NCBI GenBank assembly: GCA_050014195.1
Contig: JBEKDT010000009.1
Coordinates: 64,001-128,000 of the forward strand
From: Desulfomonilia bacterium
GTDB lineage: Bacteria > Desulfobacterota > Desulfomonilia > UBA1062
Reading direction: 5' to 3'
Length of the DNA stretch: 64,000 nucleotides
In this document: in pieces, positions 1 through 9,600 of the stretch
How positions within the stretch are numbered: the stretch's first letter is position 1
Layout: each line of letters opens with the position of its first letter
Notes under the pieces: model-generated
Told to the model about the DNA's origin: nothing
Database searches by the model: none
What the model saw: only the letters and a program-made list of their open reading frames with translations
Made by a program: the position numbers and the translations under genes

Positions 1-783
1 ATCCGCTATGAGTCGCTTGGTGAAGGCATCCACCATGAGTTCTTCTGCTTGGTCGAGCAGAGTGTGCTCGGCCCCGGCCAGCTCAGGTTGCTGATATGCC
101 TTTTCGAGGGACCAGTATTGATGCCTTTCAATTGTAAGGTCCTGATGGACCTTGATCCAGTGGCCCGGTTCAAGCTTATGGGCATGCTTATAAATAGACC
201 GGGGGGCGGCTATGTACCCGTAATGGAAGAATTCCCCAAGGGCCTCCCGATCAATCTCTAGCTGTATGGCAGGCCCTGCATGCAGGGCCTTGAGCTCAGA
301 GGCAAAGGCAAAGGTGCCGGCATGGAGATAATAATAAAGCGGCTTGACCCCCATGCGGTCGCGGAAAAGATACATGCATTTTTCCCGGGCGTCCCATATG
401 GCATAGGCGAACATGCCGATGAACCGTTCCACGGAAGAAGGACCCCAGGCAATGAATGCATTGAGAATCACCTCGGTGTCCGATACGCCCGTGAAGCATA
501 ACCCTCGGGCCTCAAGTTGGGGTCTCAGTTCCCGATAATTATACACCTCGCCGTTGTAGCAGACGGTGAACCTGCCGTCAGGGCTTGTCATGGGCTGGTG
601 ACCGGTCTCGGTGAGATCGATGATGGAGAGCCTACGGTGGCCCAGGGCAAGCCCGGCAGCCTGATCCACATACAGCCCGGCATCATCCGGGCCTCCATGG
701 GTCATGGTGTCGCGCATGGCTATACACCTGCGGGACAGCACTTCCAGGTTATCTTCAGTCCAGATTCCGGCTATTCGGCACAT
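1..783 (-). CDS. asnB: Asparagine synthase-like glutamine amidotransferase, N-terminal part (runs off the window start; not in the ORF track)
   Basis: Manual translation from ATG at 783: MCRIAGIWTEDNL...THGGPDDAG...LGHRRLSIIDL...GHQPM...YNGEVYNY...SDTEVIL...GMFAYAIWD...FRDRMGVKPLYY. N-terminal Cys and the Ntn-amidotransferase motifs are present. Confidence 0.92.
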   Translation of the reverse strand, partial: MCRIAGIWTEDNLEVLSRRCIAMRDTMTHGGPDDAGLYVDQAAGLALGHRRLSIIDLTETGHQPMTSPDGRFTVCYNGEVYNYRELRPQLEARGLCFTGVSDTEVILNAFIAWGPSSVERFIGMFAYAIWDAREKCMYLFRDRMGVKPLYYYLHAGTFAFASELKALHAGPAIQLEIDREALGEFFHYGYIAAPRSIYKHAHKLEPGHWIKVHQDLTIERHQYWSLEKAYQQPELAGAEHTLLDQAEELMVDAFTKRLIAD

Positions 784-844
784 TTGTTGTGTAAGGTTTC
801 ATATCGACTTTTCACCAAGGCTGCCTGTAGTTGGCTGCATGTGC

Positions 845-2779
845 TCATTGCACTTCATGCCAGGCTTGGAACATGAGCACGTCCCAAAGCAGATACTGCC
901 AATTGCTCTGACCGGTAAGGTGCGCCGTCCACTTTGCCCGGATAGGACCTGGATTGAAGAAACCTTCCTGCTTAAGGCGGTTTTCATCCAACATACTCTC
1001 TGCCCACTCACGAAGCGGACCCCGTAACCATTGATCGATGGGTACTCCAAAGCCCATTTTGGGTCGTTCAACAGTTTTCTTCGGAACATAGCGGTATAGA
1101 ATTTGGCGTAAAGCCCATTTGCCCTGGTCTGCGCGTATTTTCATTGCTAGGGGCAGGCGCCAGGAGAATTCTACGACCCGGTGATCCAGAAATGGTACAC
1201 GCGTCTCCAGGGAAACAGCCATTGCAGCCCGATCCACCTTAACCAGGATATCGTCAGGCAGGTACGTTATGAGATCCAGATACATCATGCGGTATTCTTG
1301 GGTTTTACAGTCAAGCCACAGCTTAGGTTCATTGACCACCGTCTCCGGCTCCTTGCTGTTGAGAACTATTGAAGTAGGGTCATGCCAGTGAGACAGTAAA
1401 CTTAAATAGAGTGTTTCGAGTGTATCAGAGCCTATGGTCCCTGCCAGCTCGTGTAATTTGGTACCAGGCCTTGTGGCATTGCGCAGTCTTGATGGCAGCA
1501 CGGGGCGCAGAAGCACAAATAACCTGTCCCAGGCAGCCGGCGGTAGAAAGGTTACTGCCTTGATCAGTTTCCGATGAAGGGCATCCGAGAACCGGTTGAT
1601 ATGCCGATAGAGTTCCATGGCCCTGAAATACCGTGGGTAGCCACCGAAGAGTTCATCTCCGCCATCACCTGATAGGCTTACAGTCACATGTCGTCGTGTG
1701 AGTTCCGATACGAGAAAGGTTGGAATCTGGGAAGAATCGGCAAAGGGTTCGTCGTAAATTGCCGGTAGTTTTGGTATTACGGCCTGGCATTCTTTGGGTG
1801 TGACATAAAGCTCGGTGTGTTCGGTGCCCAGATGACGGGCAACGGCTTCTGCATGTACGGCCTCGTTATATTGCTCCTCATGAAAACCGATGGTGAATGT
1901 CTTTACTCTTTGAGTGGATTGTGCCTGCATGAGCGCCACGATCAAGGACGAGTCGAAACCGCCTGAGAGGAATGCACCGAGCGGGACATCGGAGATCATC
2001 TGTGCCCTGACCGCTGCCTTCAGGAGGTTTTCAAGCTCGTCAACCGCCTCATGTTCATCTCCGCAAAAGGGGTTTGCAAGTCCTGTCAGAGCCGTGTGCC
2101 GTGCCGACCAGTAGGTTGCCGGGCGGGCTTGATCATCGGGAGATGCCAGCGTTAAAAAACTACCCGGTATTATTTTGAATATGCCCTCGTAAATACTCCA
2201 CGGAGCAGGAATGTAGTTGTGCCGCATTAACAGTGCCAATGCATCCCGGTTTATCGAGGCATTGAAGCCTGGGAATGCGCGCAGTGCTTTCAGTTCGGAG
2301 GCGAATACCAGTGTCTTGCCTATTTTGCCGTAATACAACGGCTTTTCGCCTATCCTGTCGCGGGACAAGGTAAGTTTCCGCTCTTTCTGATCCCAGATAG
2401 CGAAAGCGAACATGCCCACGCTTTCCTCCAGCGTACGCTTGATGCCCCACACGTCGATCGCCTCCAGGAGAGTTTCAGTGTCGGAATGTCCGCGCCAGGG
2501 AAAAGAAGCAAGTTTCTTGCGTAACTCAAGGTGATTATAGATCTCGCCGTTAAAGACGATCACATATCTGCCGGAAGCTGATGCCATGGGTTGATGTCCT
2601 GCAGCGCTTAAATCAAGGATTGAAAGTCGCCGATGTGCCAGGGCAATCCCTGCCGAGTCATCCGTCCAAACTCCGCTGTCATCCGGACCCCGGTGGACTA
2701 GTGTGTCAGCCATGATGCGAACACTCTCGCTCAAGTCAGATGAGCCTGGATGTGTTAGGAAGCCGGCTATGCCACACAT
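845..2779 (-). CDS. asnB: Asparagine synthase (glutamine-hydrolyzing)-like amidotransferase, probably glycan amidation
   Basis: MCGIAG, HRGPD, NGEIYN, LSGGFDSS, SGDGGDELFGGY and ETRVPFLD motifs; located in a glycan locus. Confidence 0.95.
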   Translation of the reverse strand: MCGIAGFLTHPGSSDLSESVRIMADTLVHRGPDDSGVWTDDSAGIALAHRRLSILDLSAAGHQPMASASGRYVIVFNGEIYNHLELRKKLASFPWRGHSDTETLLEAIDVWGIKRTLEESVGMFAFAIWDQKERKLTLSRDRIGEKPLYYGKIGKTLVFASELKALRAFPGFNASINRDALALLMRHNYIPAPWSIYEGIFKIIPGSFLTLASPDDQARPATYWSARHTALTGLANPFCGDEHEAVDELENLLKAAVRAQMISDVPLGAFLSGGFDSSLIVALMQAQSTQRVKTFTIGFHEEQYNEAVHAEAVARHLGTEHTELYVTPKECQAVIPKLPAIYDEPFADSSQIPTFLVSELTRRHVTVSLSGDGGDELFGGYPRYFRAMELYRHINRFSDALHRKLIKAVTFLPPAAWDRLFVLLRPVLPSRLRNATRPGTKLHELAGTIGSDTLETLYLSLLSHWHDPTSIVLNSKEPETVVNEPKLWLDCKTQEYRMMYLDLITYLPDDILVKVDRAAMAVSLETRVPFLDHRVVEFSWRLPLAMKIRADQGKWALRQILYRYVPKKTVERPKMGFGVPIDQWLRGPLREWAESMLDENRLKQEGFFNPGPIRAKWTAHLTGQSNWQYLLWDVLMFQAWHEVQ

Positions 2780-3030
2780 AGTATGATCAAAAGGTTATTC
2801 ATACAGGGAGTCTATGATTATAGTGATGTTCTCATGCATCTCTCAAGAGTAATGCCAGAGTTGTTACATTTTACTGCAATTTGGTTGGCCAAGGTAATTC
2901 ACCTAGGGGTAAAACCGTCAAATCAAATCCTTCCTTCACCCCTTTATGTCCATATTTGTAGCTCATTCGATTATACGACCTCGCGTCGTGGCCAATGTGG
3001 AAGCTCCAGCCGTGCAATTTCGCGCATAAG

Positions 3031-3822
3031 CTAGAGTGAATTGTTGGCTTTACTCAACGCGTGAATTAGTGGCTCTGATGTTTCAATACCTTTTATAAGA
3101 AAGCCTCCTCCTCCAGACAGTGAAATCATTTTTTCTGGTTTGTTTTGTAAAAGCTGGTTAACCGCCTTTGTTGCCCCTGGACAACTAGTAAACCCATAGT
3201 CATCACAGACGATGACCCCGCCTTCATTCATTCGGGGATAGAAGAAATCGAGACTGTCCAAGGTTGGATGATATAAATCTACATCAATATGGACAAAACA
3301 AAACTTGTTATGCTCAATATCCGGAAATCGTTGAGGTATCCAACCTTTGTGAAAACTGATATTACTAAACATCGACAAGTTTTCTCTTACTGTTTCTATA
3401 GGGCAAGATAATGCTCCCTCTGTCCAATGTTTTCCATCGCACTCCGAAGGCTTTGATAAACCTTCAAAAGAATCAAAAAGATAGTGAGTTCGATTAAATA
3501 ATTCATTTTCTTGATTCATTTTGCATATTATGTACGATCCTGCGCCCGTATATACGCCACACTCTGCAGTATCTCCTGGGACCTTTCTAACTAACCGCAT
3601 CAACTGATATAACATCCAGCGGCGATCCGTGTTCATATTGTTTATTTCGCAGAATCTAACAAGATATTCGTTAAAGACAGGATCACTCCACCATTCAATT
3701 TGAGGCCACTTAAATCTGTAATCTGGCACAAGTATTTTCCCAATCTTGCGTAGTATTTCAAAGCGAGCAAGTGGGTCTTTATTGACTACCATCATATTAA
3801 TAAAAAAAATTAGAATTTTCAT
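3031..3822 (-). CDS. TylF/MycF/NovP-family O-methyltransferase
   Basis: AECGVYTG, FDSFEGL, KGW, FVHIDVDLY and DDYG motifs; start codon uncertain (3796-3873). Confidence 0.88.
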   Translation of the reverse strand: MKILIFFINMMVVNKDPLARFEILRKIGKILVPDYRFKWPQIEWWSDPVFNEYLVRFCEINNMNTDRRWMLYQLMRLVRKVPGDTAECGVYTGAGSYIICKMNQENELFNRTHYLFDSFEGLSKPSECDGKHWTEGALSCPIETVRENLSMFSNISFHKGWIPQRFPDIEHNKFCFVHIDVDLYHPTLDSLDFFYPRMNEGGVIVCDDYGFTSCPGATKAVNQLLQNKPEKMISLSGGGGFLIKGIETSEPLIHALSKANNSL

Positions 3823-4017
3823 CACTGCTATCCAAAATAAATCTGATTTCTGATTCGTGTCAAAGCAAATCAATGAGTTTTAGGTATGGAATGAGAGGTT
3901 TGTCCAAATCATGGGAAATGCCTCAAGTGAGAGGATAAAAGAGGAAAATTAGAGATCTGAAAAGTAACAAATTATAGTTTTTTTATGAAAAATTATCTCA
4001 AAACTGATGGTCCGGTG

Positions 4018-4344
4018 CTAAATTCGAAATATGCAAAGGTCTCTGTCTGAATGTCCGCACCAGGCGATTGCATCAAGTTGTGTGCGTAACTCAAGATGAT
4101 TATAGATCTCGCCATTGAAGACGATCACATATCTGCCGGAAGCGGATATCATAGGTTGATGTCAAGCAGCGCTTAAATCAAGGATTGAAAGTCGCCGATG
4201 TGCCAGCGCTATCCCTGCTGCTTCATCAGCCCAAACACCGCTGTCATCCGGGCCCCGGTGGATTAGTGTGTCAGCCATGATGCGAACACTCTCACTTAAG
4301 TTAGATGAGCCTGGATGTGTTAGGAAGCCGGTTATGCCACACAT
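4018..4344 (-). pseudogene. asnB: Truncated duplicate of the 5' end of asnB (845-2779) with a premature TGA
   Basis: 54 of the first 60 aa are identical to the intact copy. Gly61 GGA is replaced by TGA. Homology continues in frame (HQPMISASGRYVIVFNGEIYNHLELR...GHSD) and is then lost near 4045. Confidence 0.9.
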
Positions 4345-4441
4345 ATGATCCCCATGAAGTTGTCCATGTCAGAATGGTTTTATACAAATGATCTGCATTG
4401 TATACTGAGTAAACGTTTTAACTGGATACAACTCCGGGACA

Positions 4442-5260
4442 TTAAACTTTTCGGAAAACGAACTCGTTGTTTCCTATGCCCTGTCGTGTAATGAGTCGTT
4501 GTAAGGTGAAGCCGTGTCCACGACAGAAATTGAAAACGACATCAGGAGTTGCCACCTCATACGGCCATCCTCCCATCCAGTCCACCAAGTCATGCCAGGG
4601 GGACATGCCTCTTGACTTTATATAGGCCCGCCAGGAAGCCATGGGTCGCATGGCTAAGAATTCATTCAGGCAGGTTCTTCCCCAGAAGTGCAGAAAACCA
4701 TAGGTGAGCAGAATAGGTCTGATCCAGGGTCTTTTGTTATAATGATATTTAATCCTGGCCCAACGGGATGATTTATAGCCTTCGTCATTGTAGATTGCGA
4801 TAAAAAGTAGGCCCTTGTCATTGACCATAGCAACTACGTTTTCCATAGCCTTCCAGAGATCTCCTGTGTGGTGCAATACGCCCCAAGAATAGACGATATC
4901 CCATTTACCCAGCTTGGCTAGGTAAGCGGAGTCCAGGACAGAACCTTGTTCTATCACCCAGTCCGGGTCTCCCGGGAAGAAACGCCTCTTAAGCTCAAGC
5001 GCGCAGGAAACCGAATGGGTGTCAAAGTCAAATGAGTGTACTGTTGCGCCCAAACGGCGTGCAGCCAGGGAGAAGAGCCCGCTGCCGTTGCCTATATCAA
5101 GAAATGTTTTGCCGCTTAAGTCATTCAATTCCAGCATATCTTTAAGCGAATCCTCGGCCTGCTTGATTCGCTCTTCATTTAGAACACTTAAAAATCGCGA
5201 CCAGTTCTCGCCAAAGGCAAAACGCTCACCTTGCTTGATTTCCTTACTTGCATCGTTCAT
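4442..5260 (-). CDS. Class I SAM-dependent methyltransferase
   Basis: FLDIGNGSG motif I; DIVYSWGVLHHTG. Confidence 0.88.
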   Translation of the reverse strand: MNDASKEIKQGERFAFGENWSRFLSVLNEERIKQAEDSLKDMLELNDLSGKTFLDIGNGSGLFSLAARRLGATVHSFDFDTHSVSCALELKRRFFPGDPDWVIEQGSVLDSAYLAKLGKWDIVYSWGVLHHTGDLWKAMENVVAMVNDKGLLFIAIYNDEGYKSSRWARIKYHYNKRPWIRPILLTYGFLHFWGRTCLNEFLAMRPMASWRAYIKSRGMSPWHDLVDWMGGWPYEVATPDVVFNFCRGHGFTLQRLITRQGIGNNEFVFRKV

Positions 5261-6374
5261 CCGTTGTTTCTCCTTTTTTTGAAATGTTCTCGATCAGGGC
5301 ATCCCATTTGGCCATGATAGTTTCTTGGGAAAAGGTTGTCTTAACTTTCAAGGCCTGAACACCCAGGCGCTGACGAAGGCTTTCGTCATCTATTATTTTT
5401 TGCATGGCATTGCTCAGTGCTGTGACATCCTCTGCCGGCACGAGCAAACCGTTTATGTCATTATTAATGATTTCTGCAGGGGCACTGGGACAGTCGGTGG
5501 CAATAACCGCACAGCCGCATGCCATGGCTTCCAAGAGGGCATTGGGGAACCCTTCATATCGTGAAGTCAGGACAAACAAACTGGTTTTCTGCATCCATTC
5601 GGCAGGTTCCTTGACAATTCCTGGCAGATGAACCGAAGCGGTAAGGCCCAAGCCGGATATGAGCCTTTCAAGATTTAGTCTTTCGTTACCTTCTCCCAGG
5701 ATCGTCATATCCCAGCCTTTTTGAGCTCCTTCCGCAGCGGCAAAGGCGCGGATCAATAGATCGTGACCTTTTTCTATGCCGAGTCGGCCCACAGAGAGGA
5801 TCATGGATTTTTCCCGGTCGGATATCTTGCAGCTTGGCATAGTGCGGACGAAGTTGGGGATCACTGAGGTCTTGCAGGCAGGGACCACGCGTTGGGCCCA
5901 CCCAGCAACCGATTGGGTTTGTACCACCAGGGCTGCTGAAAAAGGATAGAATAAGCGGCGTGCCAAGGACCAGAACCGGCTGATCGGGTTATAGCGTGGA
6001 TCTGTCCTTTCTGAGATGATTACAGGTATTTTTGTACCGATAAGGGCAACCAGAGTTCGAACATTAGTAAGATCCATAAAACTGATTACGAGATCGGGCC
6101 TTGATTTGAGGATGGCTTTGCGAAGTTTGATAATGCGACGGATTCGTTTGTCGATTATCTGCCATGGGGTGCGGGCTCTTCCCCATAAATCCAGAGTGCT
6201 CCTTTCCACTTTTGGGTTTAACTGGTAATGGTCTTGATCGGTTCCCGAGAGGGTGAGTACAGTGACCCTTTGGTTATGAATAACCCACCAGTTTGCCATC
6301 TCTGAAATGATTCTTTCGGCACCGCCTGCTGAAAGAGAAGAAACAACCAGGAGTATATGGCGAGTTTTACACAT
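5244..6374 (-). CDS. Glycosyltransferase family 4 (AmsD/PglJ/PglH-like)
   Basis: SLSAGGAER N-terminus, GRL...KG, EGFPNALLEAMACG; ATG at 6374 preferred. Confidence 0.92.
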   Translation of the reverse strand: MCKTRHILLVVSSLSAGGAERIISEMANWWVIHNQRVTVLTLSGTDQDHYQLNPKVERSTLDLWGRARTPWQIIDKRIRRIIKLRKAILKSRPDLVISFMDLTNVRTLVALIGTKIPVIISERTDPRYNPISRFWSLARRLFYPFSAALVVQTQSVAGWAQRVVPACKTSVIPNFVRTMPSCKISDREKSMILSVGRLGIEKGHDLLIRAFAAAEGAQKGWDMTILGEGNERLNLERLISGLGLTASVHLPGIVKEPAEWMQKTSLFVLTSRYEGFPNALLEAMACGCAVIATDCPSAPAEIINNDINGLLVPAEDVTALSNAMQKIIDDESLRQRLGVQALKVKTTFSQETIMAKWDALIENISKKGETTDERCK

Positions 6375-6385
6375 GGATCTTGTTA

Positions 6386-7513
6386 TTAATCGATTACCTT
6401 TCTGATCAGGGCATCCCACTGTGCCATAATAGAACTTTGAGAGAAGGTTGTTTTTACCTGGATAGCCTGAGTCCCTAAACGTTTACGAAGGTCTTTGTCT
6501 TTCATCAAGCTGAGCATGGCGGCGCTCAGTGAGTTTACATCATCTTTGTGCACGAGGAGGCCGTTTTCATTGTTTCGGATAATCTCTGCCGGTCCGCTGG
6601 GGCAGTCCGTGGCAATGACTGCGAGGCTGGAGGCCATGGCTTCAAGAATTGCATTGGGAAAACCCTCGTAACGCGAGGGATGAACGAAAAAGCTGGCCTT
6701 GCGCAGCCAATCGGAGGGTTCGCTCACCACACCCGGCATTATGACGTCATCTCTAATGCCAAGACAGGTAGCAAGTTCCTCGAGGTTAGATCTTTCAGGG
6801 CCGTCACCCAGAATTACCAGTCTCCATTCAGCCTGACTTGTTTTAGCAGCGGCAAAGGCCTGAATCAGCAGATCATATCCCTTATGCTTATCAAGCCTGC
6901 CCATCGCGAGGATATAGGGTTGTCCATACTCTTTTTGTTCGCTCGAAAGTTGAACCTCAGGAAGCATCCGCACAAAGTTGGGGATCACCTTGATTTTTCT
7001 GGCCGGCATAATTGTTTTGGCCCACTCGGCAACCGATTCGGTTTGGACCACCAGGCCTGATGAGAATGGATAGGACAGAACCCTGGCAAAAGACCTGGAG
7101 CGGCTTATTGGATGCTGCCGGGGATCAGTACGTTCGCAGACTAGCAGCGGTATCTTTGTGCCTGCAAGGGCTATCACCATGATGATGTTGATCAGATCAA
7201 TAAAACTTATCACTGCATCAGGTTTGAATGTTTGTACGGTTTGGCGTATCCTGAACAGGAGTCGAATGCGGTTTAAAATATACTGCCACGGAGTCCTGGA
7301 TTGACGCCAGAAATCCAGTGCGACCCTTTGAACCTTCGGATCCAATTTGTAATGATCGTTTTCTTTTCCCCAAAACGTTAGCAGGGCAACCTCATGACCT
7401 TTGGCAGCCCACCAGTTTGCCATCTCAGATACAGCACGTTCTGCGCCACCTGCTGAAAGTGACAGTATGACCAATAAGATCCGGGGAGAGTGCTGTGAAC
7501 TCGGAGTATTCAT
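6386..7513 (-). CDS. Glycosyltransferase family 4 (paralogue of its neighbours)
   Basis: SLSAGGAER, EGFPNAILEAMAS; ATGA overlap with the upstream stop. Confidence 0.92.
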   Translation of the reverse strand: MNTPSSQHSPRILLVILSLSAGGAERAVSEMANWWAAKGHEVALLTFWGKENDHYKLDPKVQRVALDFWRQSRTPWQYILNRIRLLFRIRQTVQTFKPDAVISFIDLINIIMVIALAGTKIPLLVCERTDPRQHPISRSRSFARVLSYPFSSGLVVQTESVAEWAKTIMPARKIKVIPNFVRMLPEVQLSSEQKEYGQPYILAMGRLDKHKGYDLLIQAFAAAKTSQAEWRLVILGDGPERSNLEELATCLGIRDDVIMPGVVSEPSDWLRKASFFVHPSRYEGFPNAILEAMASSLAVIATDCPSGPAEIIRNNENGLLVHKDDVNSLSAAMLSLMKDKDLRKRLGTQAIQVKTTFSQSSIMAQWDALIRKVID

Positions 7514-8604
7514 TCCTGAGAAATACAAACGCCCTCAATCAAATTATCCCATTGCGAAATGATTGTCGCCTGGGAAAAACGAGAATGGACTTCAAGGGCT
7601 CGTTGCCCTAGGTTCTTTCTTAATTCTTCATCTTCCATCAATCTGCTCATCGCAGTGCTCAGTGCCTCAACATCTTCTTTGGGAACTAGCAGGCCGTTCT
7701 CATTGTGTCTTATAATCTCGGCCGGCCCGCTGGGGCAGTCTGCAGCAATGACAGCACAGCCGCAGGCCATAGCCTCAAGAAGGGCATTGGGAAAACCCTC
7801 GAAGCGTGAAGGTAGAATGAAGAATCTTGCTTTATGCAGCCACTCAGCAGGCTCTCTAACAATTCCAGGCATATCAACAACATCATATATGCCCATATTG
7901 GAAGCGAGCTTCTCAAGATTTGATCTTTCAGGACCTTCGCCGAGAATAACTAGGCGCCAGCCTTTTTGTTTAGCGTCTACACAAGCGAATGCCCGGATTA
8001 ATAAATCGTGACCTTTTTGTTTCTCAAGCCGGCCGATAGTTAGGATAAACGGATTAAGGCGACCTTCTTCTCTAATCATTTCTTCAGATTCAGGCATTGT
8101 GCGTACGAAATTCGGAATCACTCTGACCTTGTTACGTGGCACAACCCGGTTGGCCCAGGCAGTTACTGAATTGGTTTGTACCACCAGGGCGTCGGAAAAG
8201 GGATAGAGCAGCCTTCTGGCCAACGACCAGGAGATCCCGATATGATGATATCTCGGGTCAACACGTTCCGAAACGATGCATGGAATCCCTGTGCCGACTA
8301 GGGCAAACAGCATACGTATATTTGTTATATCGATGAAACTGATCATTACATCGGGCTTATATTTGAGCACTGCTTTGCGGAGCATGGTCTGGCGTTTGAC
8401 ATACTGCGCCGGGATGTGTAGACGGGTACGTGGCAATCCCCAGTCAATTGTGATCCTTTCCACACCAGGATGCAACCGATAATGATCAAATATAATACTC
8501 TCGAGGGTCAGAACTGCAACTTCTCTATCATGAACCGCCCACCAGTTGGCCATCTCGGAGATTACCCGCTCCGCGCCTCCTGCAGATAGCGATGATACAG
8601 CCAA
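7510..8604 (-). CDS. Glycosyltransferase family 4 (start uncertain)
   Basis: SLSAGGAER, EGFPNALLEAMACG; homology (RRILLAVSS) extends upstream of the TTG with no in-frame ATG. Confidence 0.88.
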   Translation of the reverse strand: MAVSSLSAGGAERVISEMANWWAVHDREVAVLTLESIIFDHYRLHPGVERITIDWGLPRTRLHIPAQYVKRQTMLRKAVLKYKPDVMISFIDITNIRMLFALVGTGIPCIVSERVDPRYHHIGISWSLARRLLYPFSDALVVQTNSVTAWANRVVPRNKVRVIPNFVRTMPESEEMIREEGRLNPFILTIGRLEKQKGHDLLIRAFACVDAKQKGWRLVILGEGPERSNLEKLASNMGIYDVVDMPGIVREPAEWLHKARFFILPSRFEGFPNALLEAMACGCAVIAADCPSGPAEIIRHNENGLLVPKEDVEALSTAMSRLMEDEELRKNLGQRALEVHSRFSQATIISQWDNLIEGVCISQE

Positions 8605-8657
8605 TAATATGCGTCTTGAACGATTAGTTCTATTAGAGATTTTTGTATATTCCTTGC

Positions 8658-9485
8658 TTATGGTTTATCTCCCAGCCAGATGAGGTGTTGGCCGCTGGTA
8701 CCTAGGAGGCGTTGAAAATGGCGGCCTCCCAATGGTGCCCCAGGAAAATGCAATTTGTCTGATATAGTATCCCTAAGAATTTGCAAGTTATCTAATAGAT
8801 AACGAAAACTCCAATTCACTGGTTCCAGAGGTTTGCGTTTTTGGAAACGACTAAAATCTGTAGTGATGCACATAATTGTTCGGAACCCATGTTTAGAAAG
8901 CAAGGCTTGTAAACTCTCTGGCGTGAACGATGAAATATGTTGATAACGATGTAAAACACATCCGCAATCTGCACAATATACTTGATTGCGGGATAAGTTC
9001 TCTGAGTTGGGAACAGTAATAAATAGCCTACTCACCCCAGGCTTGATGAGACTATGTAGCTCTGAGAATAGGTTATCCATCTGAAAAGGAAGCAGATGCT
9101 CCAGGGTCTCAATACAAAGAACTAAATCAGCGGTTTTATCCTTAAGTGGAAAATGATCACCGCTATTGATGTATGCACCTTCCCAGAGTGCGTGCCCTTT
9201 GAATATATTGTTTAATCTGTCAACGGATTCAGGCGAAGAATCTATACCTATACATCTAGCACCTTCCTTGAGCAGTCGTTCAAGTAGGTAACCGGTACCA
9301 CAGCCATAATCAACTATTATACCCTTGAGTGGAACGAGATATTTGAGAAAATTTATAATGCCTTCACCCATATGTTTACTGAAGTAATCTTCATGCCATG
9401 GTTCCCAGTCTGTTGCAAAATCCCAGAAGCGGGTGATTTTTTCCGGAGTCCATTCAATAGGATGCCATTCTGCTTTTTTACTCAA
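8658..9485 (-). CDS. Class I SAM-dependent methyltransferase
   Basis: VDYGCGTG, DLVLCIETLEHL, TVPN, CxxC; TTG start with GAGGT RBS. Confidence 0.85.
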   Translation of the reverse strand: MSKKAEWHPIEWTPEKITRFWDFATDWEPWHEDYFSKHMGEGIINFLKYLVPLKGIIVDYGCGTGYLLERLLKEGARCIGIDSSPESVDRLNNIFKGHALWEGAYINSGDHFPLKDKTADLVLCIETLEHLLPFQMDNLFSELHSLIKPGVSRLFITVPNSENLSRNQVYCADCGCVLHRYQHISSFTPESLQALLSKHGFRTIMCITTDFSRFQKRKPLEPVNWSFRYLLDNLQILRDTISDKLHFPGAPLGGRHFQRLLGTSGQHLIWLGDKP

Positions 9486-9600
9486 GACGACCTCACTTGT
9501 TCAAGTGGTTAAACTTATGAAGGGGCATTAGCAATCATTAAGTATACGCTTATTGAACTTCTAGCCTTTTAATCCACCATGATGAAATGAATCTGATAAT

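Noticed and set aside
49-876. Short ORFs listed in the ORF track
   Set aside because: All overlap the partial asnB on the minus strand (1-783)
4162-4164. TGA at a Gly position as evidence for genetic code 25 or selenocysteine
   Set aside because: Many genes here end in TGA, the position is not a Cys, and the fragment loses homology about 40 codons later; it is a simple nonsense mutation
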